From IMG/VR virus record IMGVR_UViG_3300044970_001982, positions 1 through 64,000 of that record: a DNA stretch of 64,000 bases, one strand, 5' to 3'. The notes beneath the pieces were generated by a model. It was not told the origin of the DNA and did not search any database. It saw only the letters and a program-made list of their open reading frames with translations. Position numbers and translations under genes: made by a program. The stretch's first letter is position 1. Every line of letters begins with the position of its first letter. The DNA comes from a virus. Of the stretch, positions 1 through 8,882 are shown one piece after another.

Positions 1-304
1 ACCTCTCCAGATATTTCTACCCAATATCCGTCATAATAACTATATAGCTTAGCTTCTGTTGAGTTAAACCATAAATCTCCAACATTTGGAGACACTGGAG
101 CTGTATCAGAAACCGATAACCTATCTGGACCTATAGCCCCTTGTGAACCTTGAGGTCCCTGAGAACCCTGGGGTCCAACCTCTCCAGATATTTCTACCCA
201 ATATCCGTCATAATAACTATATAGCTTAGCTTCTGTTGAGTTAAACCATAAATCTCCAACATTTGGAGACACTGGAGCTGTATCAGAAACCGATAACCTA
301 TCTG
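1..304. repeat. Exact 127-bp direct repeat (1-127 and 178-304) inside the fibre gene
   Basis: Two identical copies offset by 177 nt (in frame) and separated by a collagen-coding spacer. Confidence 0.95.
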
Positions 305-674
305 CACCAGCTGCTCCCTGTGGACCCTGGGGTCCAATGGTAGCACTAGATGGAGCAAACTTTGTTCCATTGAATACTAATGATTGACCATTAACTGCAC
401 CAGTTGTATCAACTTCAATATCATCAATAAATAAAGTTGTTAACTTAACTGTTGAAGGCAGGCTTATTGCAAAAGAACCAGATGTTTCGGTAACGGTAAC
501 CTGATCTGTAGTTCCTGTTATATTTGTTATAAGCTTTGCAGCAATTATTGTATTAGAGGAATTTTTGTAGAAAAGTTTACCATCAGCATAGTTGAGTGCT
601 ACTTCTCCGTGAGTTAAAGAATTAGGCGTAGACGTACTGGTGCCAGAATTCTTTACTAAAATAGTATTAGCCAT
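1..674 (-). CDS. Tail fibre / collagen-repeat protein, 5' part (runs off the window start)
   Basis: Not in ORF track. ATG at 674 gives MANTILVKNSGTSTSTPNSLTHGEVALNYADGKLFYK, a typical fibre N-terminus, followed by GPQG collagen triplets and repeated DTAPVSPNVGDLWFNSTEAKLYSYYDGYWVE modules. Confidence 0.8.
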   Translation of the reverse strand, partial: MANTILVKNSGTSTSTPNSLTHGEVALNYADGKLFYKNSSNTIIAAKLITNITGTTDQVTVTETSGSFAISLPSTVKLTTLFIDDIEVDTTGAVNGQSLVFNGTKFAPSSATIGPQGPQGAAGADRLSVSDTAPVSPNVGDLWFNSTEAKLYSYYDGYWVEISGEVGPQGSQGPQGSQGAIGPDRLSVSDTAPVSPNVGDLWFNSTEAKLYSYYDGYWVEISGE

Positions 675-716
675 GCCAAAAACCTCTATACAAACATAAA
701 TAAAGCGCTTATCTTA

Positions 717-723
717 ATAGTAA
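717..723 (-). promoter_or_regulatory. TTACTAT candidate late-promoter motif
   Basis: Intergenic, 43 nt upstream of the fibre ATG; same motif precedes other late genes. Confidence 0.5.
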
Positions 724-729
724 TATTTT

Positions 730-1527
730 TTATGATGTTATGCCAGAACCGACATTTAATTCTTCAAAACGTTTAGTAATTTGATTATCATAATCAGAAG
801 CTATTTCTGCAACGTGTTTTTGTATTAGACCGTTGCGTACTCGTTGAGCTGTTGATGGACCAATATGCTGCTTGTATATCATTTTTGGAATATATTTAAA
901 TTTAGTAGCTAAAAAAGTTCTAACGACTAATTCATAGTCATCTGCAACAATATAACTTGGATTATGACCATTTAACTGCCTATAAATATCAGCTCTCCAT
1001 GCTCTAACATGATTTGGTGCTGAAACAATATGTCTTATAGTAGTGGGATTAATTTCAGGTGCACGCATCGTCCAAACATTATGGTGTTCATCCCAATAAT
1101 CAGAACCATACCCAAAAGCCCAGCCATTTGGATATCTACCAGATTGACCATCTGGAAGGATTTCACACCAATCTGAATAAACAAATCCAACTTCTGGATC
1201 AGAAAACGCATCTACGACTAATGCCAGCGCGTCTGGAGTTAGTTCGTCATCATGATCTAATTCAACTAAAATATCACCCTCAGCTGCCATCATACACTGA
1301 CGCTTAACTTTTCCTATACTGCCAGAGTGAACGTGTGACTTATGAGCTATTAGTTTAAATCTTTCATCTGATGCAAAACCATATATCTGATTCCAGGCAT
1401 TGTTATTCGTTGAGTCGTCCCAAATAACCCATTCCCAATCGGTATAGGTTTGATTTTTAAGACTAGACCATGTTCTAGCTAGAATGCCTGGATCAGTATT
1501 ATAAACTGGCGTACAAATTGATATCAT
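730..1527 (-). CDS. GT2 (GT-A fold) glycosyltransferase
   Basis: ISICTPVYN...WDDS...ELDHDD (DxD)...ADDYEL motifs. Confidence 0.9.
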   Translation of the reverse strand: MISICTPVYNTDPGILARTWSSLKNQTYTDWEWVIWDDSTNNNAWNQIYGFASDERFKLIAHKSHVHSGSIGKVKRQCMMAAEGDILVELDHDDELTPDALALVVDAFSDPEVGFVYSDWCEILPDGQSGRYPNGWAFGYGSDYWDEHHNVWTMRAPEINPTTIRHIVSAPNHVRAWRADIYRQLNGHNPSYIVADDYELVVRTFLATKFKYIPKMIYKQHIGPSTAQRVRNGLIQKHVAEIASDYDNQITKRFEELNVGSGITS

Positions 1528-1648
1528 TTTAACCTCAAACTAATTAAATATAGATTAATATATTACCATAATTCATAAATGAATGCTAGTAATCCATCTT
1601 TTTTTAATGACTTTAGTCTTACTATTTTACACAAGGATGGGAGCCTTT

Positions 1649-3601
1649 ATGCGGAATTTTATTAGTAATTTATTTAGATTATCAACAGTTACCATAGCAG
1701 TTGTTGGATTTTTTGCACCAATGAATTCTGGTGCATCCGCAGAAACTTTAAGCGGACTCAGTGTTGTTGGTTATGAAATCAGTACAAACGCACCGCCAAT
1801 GGTTGACTCCGAAAATCCAAATTGCTCTGCACAGTATGCCAGCATTAATAACTGGCCAGATATATATATGGCTGGCTGTAGAACCAATCAAATAATGCTT
1901 CATTACACCGGGTATATTACAATTCCTACACAGTCTGCACAATTTAGAATATGGTCTGACGATGGTGGTTGGGCTACAATAGGGGATAATTCATTTGGCT
2001 ATTGGGGATTACGTGGCTGTAGTTATACAGAGTCTCCAGTTTATGAATTTACTGCTGGACAATCGGTTCCAATTGATGCGTGGTTTTATGAATGGGGTGG
2101 CGGAGAATGCTTTATATTATGGTGGAACATAGGCGATGGATGGGGGCCAGTTCCTGAATCAGCTTTTACTCAATCAGCTCCAGAAACTACTACAACTACC
2201 ACCACCACCACTACTACAACTATTCCAAAATTTCTTGGAAAACCACAAAATGTTTCGGTAACAGATAGTGGTTCTGGAATTGTTATTTCTTGGAATCCGG
2301 CAGATGACGACACTGGAATTTCTCCAGAACGATACGCAATTTCATGGAGGACAGGACAGTCTGGCTGGGGTATAGCAACAGGAAATGTCGGTGATGAAAA
2401 CGCTTTAAATACACAAGTTACTTTAGACTACCAAATGTTTGAATCAACCGGTGGACTAGATGCCGAGTATAACTTTACCGTAAGAGCTGACAACGATACT
2501 GAAGGTGTTTACTCTCAAGAATCTGATGCTGTTCAATTCATAGTTAATGCTCCACCGCCTCCAACCACAACCACTACAGAACCACCAACAACAGAGCCAC
2601 CAGCTACAGATCCTCCGGCAACCGATCCTCCGGTAACAGAACCGCCAACTCCTGTAACTACTGAACCAGAACCGCCCACTCAGACAACGCAACCTTCAGA
2701 TAACAATACGGATAATACAAATCCACAACCAGAGCCAGAACCTCAACCCGAGCCTGAGCCTCAACCAGAGCCGGAACCTGAAATAGCGCCAGAACCAGAA
2801 CCTGAAATAACTTCTCCTGAACCTGAAATTACGCAGCCAGAAACAAGTGTTCCTGAACCTGAAATTACATTACCTGAAGATATTTCTAATCAAGTAGATG
2901 AAATTTTATCTGGAGATTTGACAGAAGAACAATTTGCTAATGCTGTAGATGAAATATTAACTTCAGCTGATAATGAAGAAGAACTAGTTGCTGCAGCTAC
3001 AGAATTATTGTCTGGAGATCTTTCTACAGAGCAGTTTGCCGAAGTTATTGATCAAGTATTTACAGAGGAATTAAGTGACGAGGCCTTTGCTGAAGTGCTT
3101 GATACTGTTTTTGAAGAACCGCTAACTGATGAAGAATTTACTGCAGTTATTGATGCGGTTTTAGATCAGCCATTGAGTGACGAGCAGTTTGAAGAACTAG
3201 TTGATGTTCTTAGTAGTGACACAGTAACTGATGAGCAAGTACAGGAAGCAGTTGATGCAATTATAGAGAATGGAATAACAGAAGATCAGGCAACTGAGAT
3301 TGCTACAAGTGCAGAGGTACTATCTTCTATCGATGGGGATCAGGCGGCTGAAATCTTTGCTGAAGTTCCCATAGATGAAATAACTGAAGAACAAGCTTTG
3401 GAAATTATTGCTGCGGTACAAGATGCTCCAGAAGAAGTTCGTTCTTCATTTGAAGAAGAAATAAATATATTTGGTTCCGGAAGCCTAAATACCTATGTGC
3501 CTCTTGGTTCCAGCATAAATGTAGGACAAAGAAGAGCAGTTATAGCTGCCGGCGCAGTTATAGCTGTTGCTCCAGTAGCTGGAGCTTCAAGAAGAAGATA
3601 A
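1649..3601 (+). CDS. Secreted surface protein: signal peptide, PA14-like domain, FN3 domain, Pro/Thr linker, acidic ~17-aa helical repeats, hydrophobic C-terminus ending RRR
   Basis: Likely start MRNF at 1649 (GGGAG RBS). SDDG and YEWGGG PA14 motifs; FN3-like PQNVSV..W..P..Y..Y.F.VRA. Confidence 0.75.
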   Translation: MRNFISNLFRLSTVTIAVVGFFAPMNSGASAETLSGLSVVGYEISTNAPPMVDSENPNCSAQYASINNWPDIYMAGCRTNQIMLHYTGYITIPTQSAQFRIWSDDGGWATIGDNSFGYWGLRGCSYTESPVYEFTAGQSVPIDAWFYEWGGGECFILWWNIGDGWGPVPESAFTQSAPETTTTTTTTTTTTIPKFLGKPQNVSVTDSGSGIVISWNPADDDTGISPERYAISWRTGQSGWGIATGNVGDENALNTQVTLDYQMFESTGGLDAEYNFTVRADNDTEGVYSQESDAVQFIVNAPPPPTTTTTEPPTTEPPATDPPATDPPVTEPPTPVTTEPEPPTQTTQPSDNNTDNTNPQPEPEPQPEPEPQPEPEPEIAPEPEPEITSPEPEITQPETSVPEPEITLPEDISNQVDEILSGDLTEEQFANAVDEILTSADNEEELVAAATELLSGDLSTEQFAEVIDQVFTEELSDEAFAEVLDTVFEEPLTDEEFTAVIDAVLDQPLSDEQFEELVDVLSSDTVTDEQVQEAVDAIIENGITEDQATEIATSAEVLSSIDGDQAAEIFAEVPIDEITEEQALEIIAAVQDAPEEVRSSFEEEINIFGSGSLNTYVPLGSSINVGQRRAVIAAGAVIAVAPVAGASRRR

Positions 3602-3618
3602 CAATAGGGAGATTAATA

Positions 3619-3807
3619 ATGAAAAAATTTATGAAGAAATTAATAGCCGCCCTCTATGAGCAGGCTTGGACAATTGCTGGAACAATACTTGTTCTCATAA
3701 CTTTGTCTGGCGACATACAGACATGGGGTATAAAAATTAGTGTTATTACTTTGATAATAGTTCTGTTTGGCGCTGTAATCAAAAAAGAAATGGATGATTC
3801 TGATTGA
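3619..3807 (+). CDS. Small two-TM membrane protein
   Basis: Two hydrophobic segments; GGGAG RBS; co-oriented with the upstream surface protein. Confidence 0.75.
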   Translation: MKKFMKKLIAALYEQAWTIAGTILVLITLSGDIQTWGIKISVITLIIVLFGAVIKKEMDDSD

Positions 3808-3809
3808 TC

Positions 3810-4244
3810 TTATTTAACTATAAGATCTTCAGGAATAATCCATAACTTACAGATAGCGTTGGGCTCTATTCTTCCTGAAACTATTTCACAAGCTTGACCA
3901 CCCATAAAATAAACACAATTAGAACATACCATCCCATTTTTAATAAATGGATTTAAATTTGCTGGAGCGTAGTGTGCTCCATTGGCTTTACTTGTTTGGT
4001 CAAACTTGCCAAACATTTCTACCACATGTTCATAGTGTTCATACATCATTTTTTGACGAGGGTTTAATTTATTTTCAGGATCATCAGCGTCTTCTACGTC
4101 CTCTGGATCCTCTTCTGGCATCTCGTCTTCTGGTTCTTCTGAATCATCTGCCTGATTATAAGATTTTTGTTTTTTTGCTTTTTCAATATCATCCATAGAA
4201 ACAGAGATAATATCTCCATATTCTGTTAACCAGTAATTATTCAT
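3810..4244 (-). CDS. HiPIP-like 4-Cys domain protein with acidic linker
   Basis: CSNCVYF-x5-C-x-IVSGRIEPNAICKLW; probable start MNNYWLTE at 4244. Confidence 0.65.
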   Translation of the reverse strand: MNNYWLTEYGDIISVSMDDIEKAKKQKSYNQADDSEEPEDEMPEEDPEDVEDADDPENKLNPRQKMMYEHYEHVVEMFGKFDQTSKANGAHYAPANLNPFIKNGMVCSNCVYFMGGQACEIVSGRIEPNAICKLWIIPEDLIVK

Positions 4245-4560
4245 CTTTAGAATCATCCTTTACTGCACCCTGCCAAATAGCTGCTAAACGACAATAACCA
4301 TTTTCCTCAACTGATTGTGCAACTATTTTACACATACCATTACCCTCATAGAAGGCGCAATTGCCACACTTAACGCCCATGCTTAAATTGTCATTTTCAA
4401 TGCCGGGAACATATCCAACCCAGATACCATTCCCATCATTATTGGCTAACTTTCCATATTTACCAACAATACCCAACATTGCATTAACATACTCTGCCTC
4501 TGCAGGAGCAAGTTTTTTTTCCATCTGTTCCAAAAGTTCAGCTAACCAATAAATTGCCAT
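4237..4560 (-). CDS. HiPIP-like 4-Cys domain protein (paralog of the neighbour)
   Basis: CGNCAFY-x5-CKIVAQSVEENGYC; shares N-terminal YWL(A/T)E and (Y/F)GK motifs with 3810-4244. Confidence 0.65.
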   Translation of the reverse strand: MAIYWLAELLEQMEKKLAPAEAEYVNAMLGIVGKYGKLANNDGNGIWVGYVPGIENDNLSMGVKCGNCAFYEGNGMCKIVAQSVEENGYCRLAAIWQGAVKDDSKDE

Positions 4561-4593
4561 TAATCATCTCCTAGTTTTAATTTGTATTATATT

Positions 4594-4600
4594 ATAGTAA
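4594..4600 (-). promoter_or_regulatory. TTACTAT(AAT) candidate late promoter
   Basis: Offset 34 nt from ATG at 4560. Confidence 0.6.
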
Positions 4601-4606
4601 CTATAA

Positions 4607-5257
4607 TTACTTGATAATTCCTCTACGTTGCATTTCTAGTCTTCTGTCAACATTATCTTGCTGAGTTCTTCTTGATGATGCTGCACCAAAACCAGCCAAT
4701 CCAACAACAGATGCTACTCCTAGCATTTTTAGATTTCTAGATCCTTTTATCCCTTTTGCTACAGAAGCAGATAAATTATCCGCCATACCCCTTGTTTTTG
4801 ATGTTGCCTTTACTGGTGCGCCAGATGATTGTGATACTGGTGATGCTTTTGGTGCAGAAGAAACAACTTTAGCTTTTGGTGTAGCGTTTCCAGATTTTGT
4901 TACAGTTTCCGCAGTTTGTACAGGCGTTGTAGCACCCTGTCCAATAGATGTAACTGGTTTTCCAATTGGTTTAGGAGGAGAAGCTGTCGTTCCAGGTATG
5001 GGTAAAATTCTTCCAGCTGATGGCTCGTACTGCAAACCAATATCATCCATATGCTTTTCTAATGCCTCTAGAGTACCCCTAGTAGCCATATGCATAGGGC
5101 TACCAGATTTCACCGAGGAAGGATCAATCGATGCGTATGCTGGATCCTGTAATCTAGACACCAATGCTTTATGCTTTTCCAAAAGTTCTTCTGGTGACAT
5201 GTTTTTCCATGTTTTAACCGATGGCCTACCAGAAGATGATGGACTATTATTAGTCAT
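4607..5257 (-). CDS. Hypothetical low-complexity basic protein with C-terminal hydrophobic segment
   Basis: 216-aa ORF rich in S/P/K/A, tightly packed with neighbours. Confidence 0.7.
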   Translation of the reverse strand: MTNNSPSSSGRPSVKTWKNMSPEELLEKHKALVSRLQDPAYASIDPSSVKSGSPMHMATRGTLEALEKHMDDIGLQYEPSAGRILPIPGTTASPPKPIGKPVTSIGQGATTPVQTAETVTKSGNATPKAKVVSSAPKASPVSQSSGAPVKATSKTRGMADNLSASVAKGIKGSRNLKMLGVASVVGLAGFGAASSRRTQQDNVDRRLEMQRRGIIK

Positions 5258-5259
5258 AT

Positions 5260-5460
5260 CTATTTAATACACCTTCTTGAGCAATATCTTTCGTTATTAT
5301 GTTCGTATATCATACCTTTTTGGAACTCCCTAGCGCAGGAAATGCAGCTAAACTTTGTTCCAGAAATACCATAATACAGAATTGCTTTACCTTTTTCTTC
5401 TACTTTTGTTTGAACTGGCGTATTGGTTACGTTTCTCTTTGCTGGTTTTTTTCCTGCCAT
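5260..5460 (-). CDS. Small zinc-finger protein with basic N-terminus
   Basis: CISC...YCSRRC; MAGKKPAKR start; AAGGAG RBS. Confidence 0.7.
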   Translation of the reverse strand: MAGKKPAKRNVTNTPVQTKVEEKGKAILYYGISGTKFSCISCAREFQKGMIYEHNNERYCSRRCIK

Positions 5461-5493
5461 TACTTACTCCTTACATAATAAGTTCATGGCATT

Positions 5494-5500
5494 ATAGTAA
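5494..5500 (-). promoter_or_regulatory. TTACTAT(AAT) candidate late promoter
   Basis: Offset 34 nt from ATG at 5460. Confidence 0.6.
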
Positions 5501-6040
5501 TTAAATTTTAGTTGCAATTACTCCAAGATTAGGTATTGCTTTCCAAAAATCAGCACTGGTTTCTTCCGGCAAGATGTCGTCATCGATATCGTATTGCCAA
5601 TGTCCGGCATCAAAGCCTTCGGCTATCATACCAATAGCTAAGAAGTCTTTAATTAATTCTTCTTGAGACCACATGCTTTGATGCTGTTGAAGAATATTTG
5701 ATTTACACCTACTAGCTGGAGTAAATATTGGTGCTCTCATAGATCTAAATGAGATTTCTCCATCAACCCACATGCGAATTAATCTTCCTACATCTGTTTG
5801 AATAACTTTAATTATTCCCCCAACTTTCAGTTTAGTGTGCATGTGTGTTAAAAAAGATTTATACTCAGTCACTGGAATATGCTCTAATGTATGAGATAAA
5901 AAAAATTCATCTACAGAATTGTCTTTACAAAAAGAATCTAGATCCATAATATTAGCTTCAATATCACATATCTCTGCCAAGTTTACTGTTTTATATTCTG
6001 GATTATCTTTACCTATACCACCCAAATTATATTTTAACAA
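5501..6040 (-). CDS. Class I SAM-dependent methyltransferase-like protein
   Basis: NLGG...DNSVDEFFLSHTLEH...LKVGG pattern typical of glycan-cluster methyltransferases. Confidence 0.7.
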   Translation of the reverse strand: MLKYNLGGIGKDNPEYKTVNLAEICDIEANIMDLDSFCKDNSVDEFFLSHTLEHIPVTEYKSFLTHMHTKLKVGGIIKVIQTDVGRLIRMWVDGEISFRSMRAPIFTPASRCKSNILQQHQSMWSQEELIKDFLAIGMIAEGFDAGHWQYDIDDDILPEETSADFWKAIPNLGVIATKI

Positions 6041-6043
6041 TGT

Positions 6044-6721
6044 TTAGTCCTCTCTTTTATGGGCATTGATTCGAACCCAATTGTAGTCTCTAAAAGATTT
6101 TGGAAGTATATCTGGCTTATAACCAGTTTTCCATAGACAGTAAGGAAGACTTACCTGATCTTGATAAGACCATGCTATATTTTGTTCGTACCAAAGTTTA
6201 CCTAGTTCTTCTACCTGTTTATTTTTCATATCTCTAGCTGATACACCACATTCATATAATCCATAGTTTTCTGGAAAACCTTCAGACTTATAAAAAGATA
6301 CTTGCTCGTCTAATGGTTCATTTATATATTTTGCTGGTCTTATTGTTGACTCTCCATAGGCGCATGTCCTATTGTCAAAATGTGGCGATATAACAAATCC
6401 ATTTTCTAAATAAGAAAGTATCTCAGGAATAAATTCTTCCTTTAATATTTCCATATCACCATCTATCCATATTACATATTTATAGTTATTTAAAATATCT
6501 ATTGAGTGAGGATATAGTTTTGGTCTTTTGGATCTTCTTCTATTGTCAAGATGAGAATCTTCTAATATTATTTCTTTCCACGGATGTTCAATTTGAAACG
6601 GAGATTTTCCATCAGTAAAATATATATAATCAACATCATCAATAAACAACGATGATGCTCTATGATCATATCCACCTGTTACGGCAGTACACACTACTGT
6701 ATTATTCTTCCAGTCTAACAT
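6044..6721 (-). CDS. DUF616/TOD1-MUCI70-like glycosyltransferase
   Basis: TAVTGGYD, YFTD, K..PH, WIDG and DQVSLPY motifs. Confidence 0.8.
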   Translation of the reverse strand: MLDWKNNTVVCTAVTGGYDHRASSLFIDDVDYIYFTDGKSPFQIEHPWKEIILEDSHLDNRRRSKRPKLYPHSIDILNNYKYVIWIDGDMEILKEEFIPEILSYLENGFVISPHFDNRTCAYGESTIRPAKYINEPLDEQVSFYKSEGFPENYGLYECGVSARDMKNKQVEELGKLWYEQNIAWSYQDQVSLPYCLWKTGYKPDILPKSFRDYNWVRINAHKRED

Positions 6722-6725
6722 GATA

Positions 6726-7394
6726 TTACCTATAATTTATAGTTATTGGGTATGGCATGGTTTTAATAATATTTTCTGAATTAACAAAACAGAGTGGATG
6801 AAATATTTCTAACAAAATTTCTCCCCACTCTATAGGATAAGAAGTATGAACTGTATCGGCAGCTTCTCTAGGATGCTTTGCCGGATTTTGTTGCAGTTTT
6901 TCTAATTTAGAGTCCATTATTCTTAATAGTGTTGAATACCACATTTTGGTAAAATTAGTCTTAGGTTTAAAAATATATAAATCGTTACTTATTAAATGTG
7001 GCCAATATTTACCAAGCCATGGACGTTGCTTTACTGTTACTGAAAGCTCACCTTCGTCCTCTGGAGCACCTATTCCATAACAATCAGTTGATTCTAACTC
7101 ATCAAAATAAATATTCCAATTCCAAGAACATGGTTTAATATCAGTATATCCTCCACCATGGTTATGCATGAAGTATGTTCTAAGGTAATCTGCTTTATGT
7201 ACATCTGACAAATATTCAAATCCAGGGTGTAGAGGTTCTTCTGGCAATATGTACTCATCTAGATTATTATTATCAACTAAAACTACATTTACTCCCGAAT
7301 TGCGTCTAATTGATTCCAGGCCATTAAGTCTATTCTCGTTCATTACTGGATTGTTATGACCAACCCAAAAACAATATAAATTTCTATTTAACAT
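6726..7394 (-). CDS. DXD-type (GT32/capsule-synthesis-like) glycosyltransferase
   Basis: FWVG...HKADYLRTYFMHNHGGGYTDIK. Confidence 0.8.
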   Translation of the reverse strand: MLNRNLYCFWVGHNNPVMNENRLNGLESIRRNSGVNVVLVDNNNLDEYILPEEPLHPGFEYLSDVHKADYLRTYFMHNHGGGYTDIKPCSWNWNIYFDELESTDCYGIGAPEDEGELSVTVKQRPWLGKYWPHLISNDLYIFKPKTNFTKMWYSTLLRIMDSKLEKLQQNPAKHPREAADTVHTSYPIEWGEILLEIFHPLCFVNSENIIKTMPYPITINYR

Positions 7395-7409
7395 TTATAT
7401 CACCTTTAG

Positions 7410-7501
7410 CGGAGAGGGTGGGATTTGAACCCACGGATGCATTCAACATACATCGACATCTTAGCAGGATGTTCCATTCAACCGAACTCTGGCACCTCTC
7501 C
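7410..7501 (-). tRNA. tRNA-Ser(GCT), CCA not encoded
   Basis: GGAGAGG/CCTCTCC acceptor stem, anticodon arm ACATC-CTGCTAA-GATGT, long variable arm, GTGGG-TTCAAAT-CCCAC T arm, G discriminator. Confidence 0.93.
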
Positions 7502-7507
7502 AGTTTA

Positions 7508-8266
7508 TCACGGAACTATACCTGGACGTTCAACGTCTTCCATTAAACGAGTTCTGCTCCAAGCGCCACATGAGTTACAGTACCACTGTTGGTATGATCC
7601 TGTTTGAGTATACTTTTGCCCACGACGCTGCAGATCATCAGAGCCACAGGTCGGACAGTTGCATTCTCCATCATATACATTTAGATTCGGATGATTTGTC
7701 ATCCAAGGTCTTAGTTTCAAGTAAACATTTCTTAGCAGATCTACGTCCTGCTTTGCATACTTGATCATTAGTTTCCAGGCCTTCATATCTCCACGCATAC
7801 AGCCTGCCCACGTTTCAAACCCACCAGTATCTACTTTACGCCCAATACCTAAGTGCTGACCAAGATGATCTAATTTATTGCTATTAAACATAAAATATCT
7901 TCTAGCAACTTTGAGCGTATCTATTTGTCTAACTGGAGAAGTTGGACCTAGATTGTGCGCTATAAATCTAGCGTTTGCTTTTCTTATATCGAACTTATCA
8001 CCATTATGAGCTATTACAATATCTGCCTCATTTAATAGTTCCCATAATTTTTTTGTTACATTATAATCATTTTCTGGATCTTTTTTATAGTCATCAGGAA
8101 AATCTATTAAGGAACAAACGTGAGTAGTTTTTTCGTGTTCCCATCTATATGAAACACACAAGAGGTACCACTCACGCTCATGCTCTATAACATTCTGTTC
8201 AAAATGACCCCACACATAACTCAAGTTAGGCGCAGTCTCTATATCGAAATAAAGTATTTTGGGCAT
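7508..8266 (-). CDS. RNase H-like (DEDD/YprB-type) 3'-5' exonuclease with C-terminal zinc ribbon
   Basis: FDIET, AHNGDKFD, YAKQDV; CPTC...CNSC. Confidence 0.85.
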   Translation of the reverse strand: MPKILYFDIETAPNLSYVWGHFEQNVIEHEREWYLLCVSYRWEHEKTTHVCSLIDFPDDYKKDPENDYNVTKKLWELLNEADIVIAHNGDKFDIRKANARFIAHNLGPTSPVRQIDTLKVARRYFMFNSNKLDHLGQHLGIGRKVDTGGFETWAGCMRGDMKAWKLMIKYAKQDVDLLRNVYLKLRPWMTNHPNLNVYDGECNCPTCGSDDLQRRGQKYTQTGSYQQWYCNSCGAWSRTRLMEDVERPGIVP

Positions 8267-8336
8267 ATACCCACCAATCTTTAGGGACTAATTAAGTCGT
8301 TTGCTCATCTAGTATATCATCAATTATAACACAAAA

Positions 8337-8373
8337 GGTGGTATAGTGCTCACTTCTGTTGCACTATACCACC
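8337..8373 (-). terminator. Intrinsic terminator
   Basis: 13-bp perfect inverted repeat GGTGGTATAGTGC/GCACTATACCACC followed by TTTT on the minus strand. Confidence 0.75.
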
Positions 8374-8385
8374 CATCTTTTATGA

Positions 8386-8595
8386 TCAACCATTAATAAC
8401 TTTTAGTATTAGAAAAAATAAATTTTTAAGTTGATCATCTGACGCACTAAAAACTACCTCGGAGTCATCTCCAAAAGTAACTTTTAAAATGTGACCGCTA
8501 ATTAATCCACCCTCTGTAGTGATCATAGATGTAGGTGGAGTAATTTCTATATTTTTTACCGCTGGCATGAATCCAGAGAAATCAAAATCACTCAT
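8386..8595 (-). CDS. Hypothetical protein
   Basis: 69-aa ORF whose start overlaps the upstream stop (TAATG). Confidence 0.65.
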   Translation of the reverse strand: MSDFDFSGFMPAVKNIEITPPTSMITTEGGLISGHILKVTFGDDSEVVFSASDDQLKNLFFLILKVING

Positions 8596-8876
8596 TATCT
8601 CTTTTTCTTTTTCTTTTTAAAGGTAGCTACGTTTTTCGGAGCCTGTCCTTTTACACCTTTTGATGGTGTTCCTTGTGATCTTTTTCTTTGAACAGCACTT
8701 CTTCTTTGAGAAGTGGACATAGAATTGGCTTTGGCGACGGGCACACATTTAGCGTACCCGCCACCTTTTCCAGAAGTTCCACAAGGTTGCCACTTGCCGT
8801 TCTTTTTAGGTGCACCTATGTTTACCCATTTTTGGTTAAACCATTTAGTTAAACCAACTCCTTTTGGTCCAGCCAT
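8595..8876 (-). CDS. Small basic protein with poly-Lys tail
   Basis: GLTKWFNQKWV..PCG..CVP; ends FKKKKKKR. Confidence 0.75.
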   Translation of the reverse strand: MAGPKGVGLTKWFNQKWVNIGAPKKNGKWQPCGTSGKGGGYAKCVPVAKANSMSTSQRRSAVQRKRSQGTPSKGVKGQAPKNVATFKKKKKKR

Positions 8877-8882
8877 AGTATA

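Noticed and set aside
1-304. 127-bp repeat as a CRISPR unit or DGR TR/VR pair
   Set aside because: In-frame coding duplication with no spacers, no adenine-specific mismatches and no reverse transcriptase in the window
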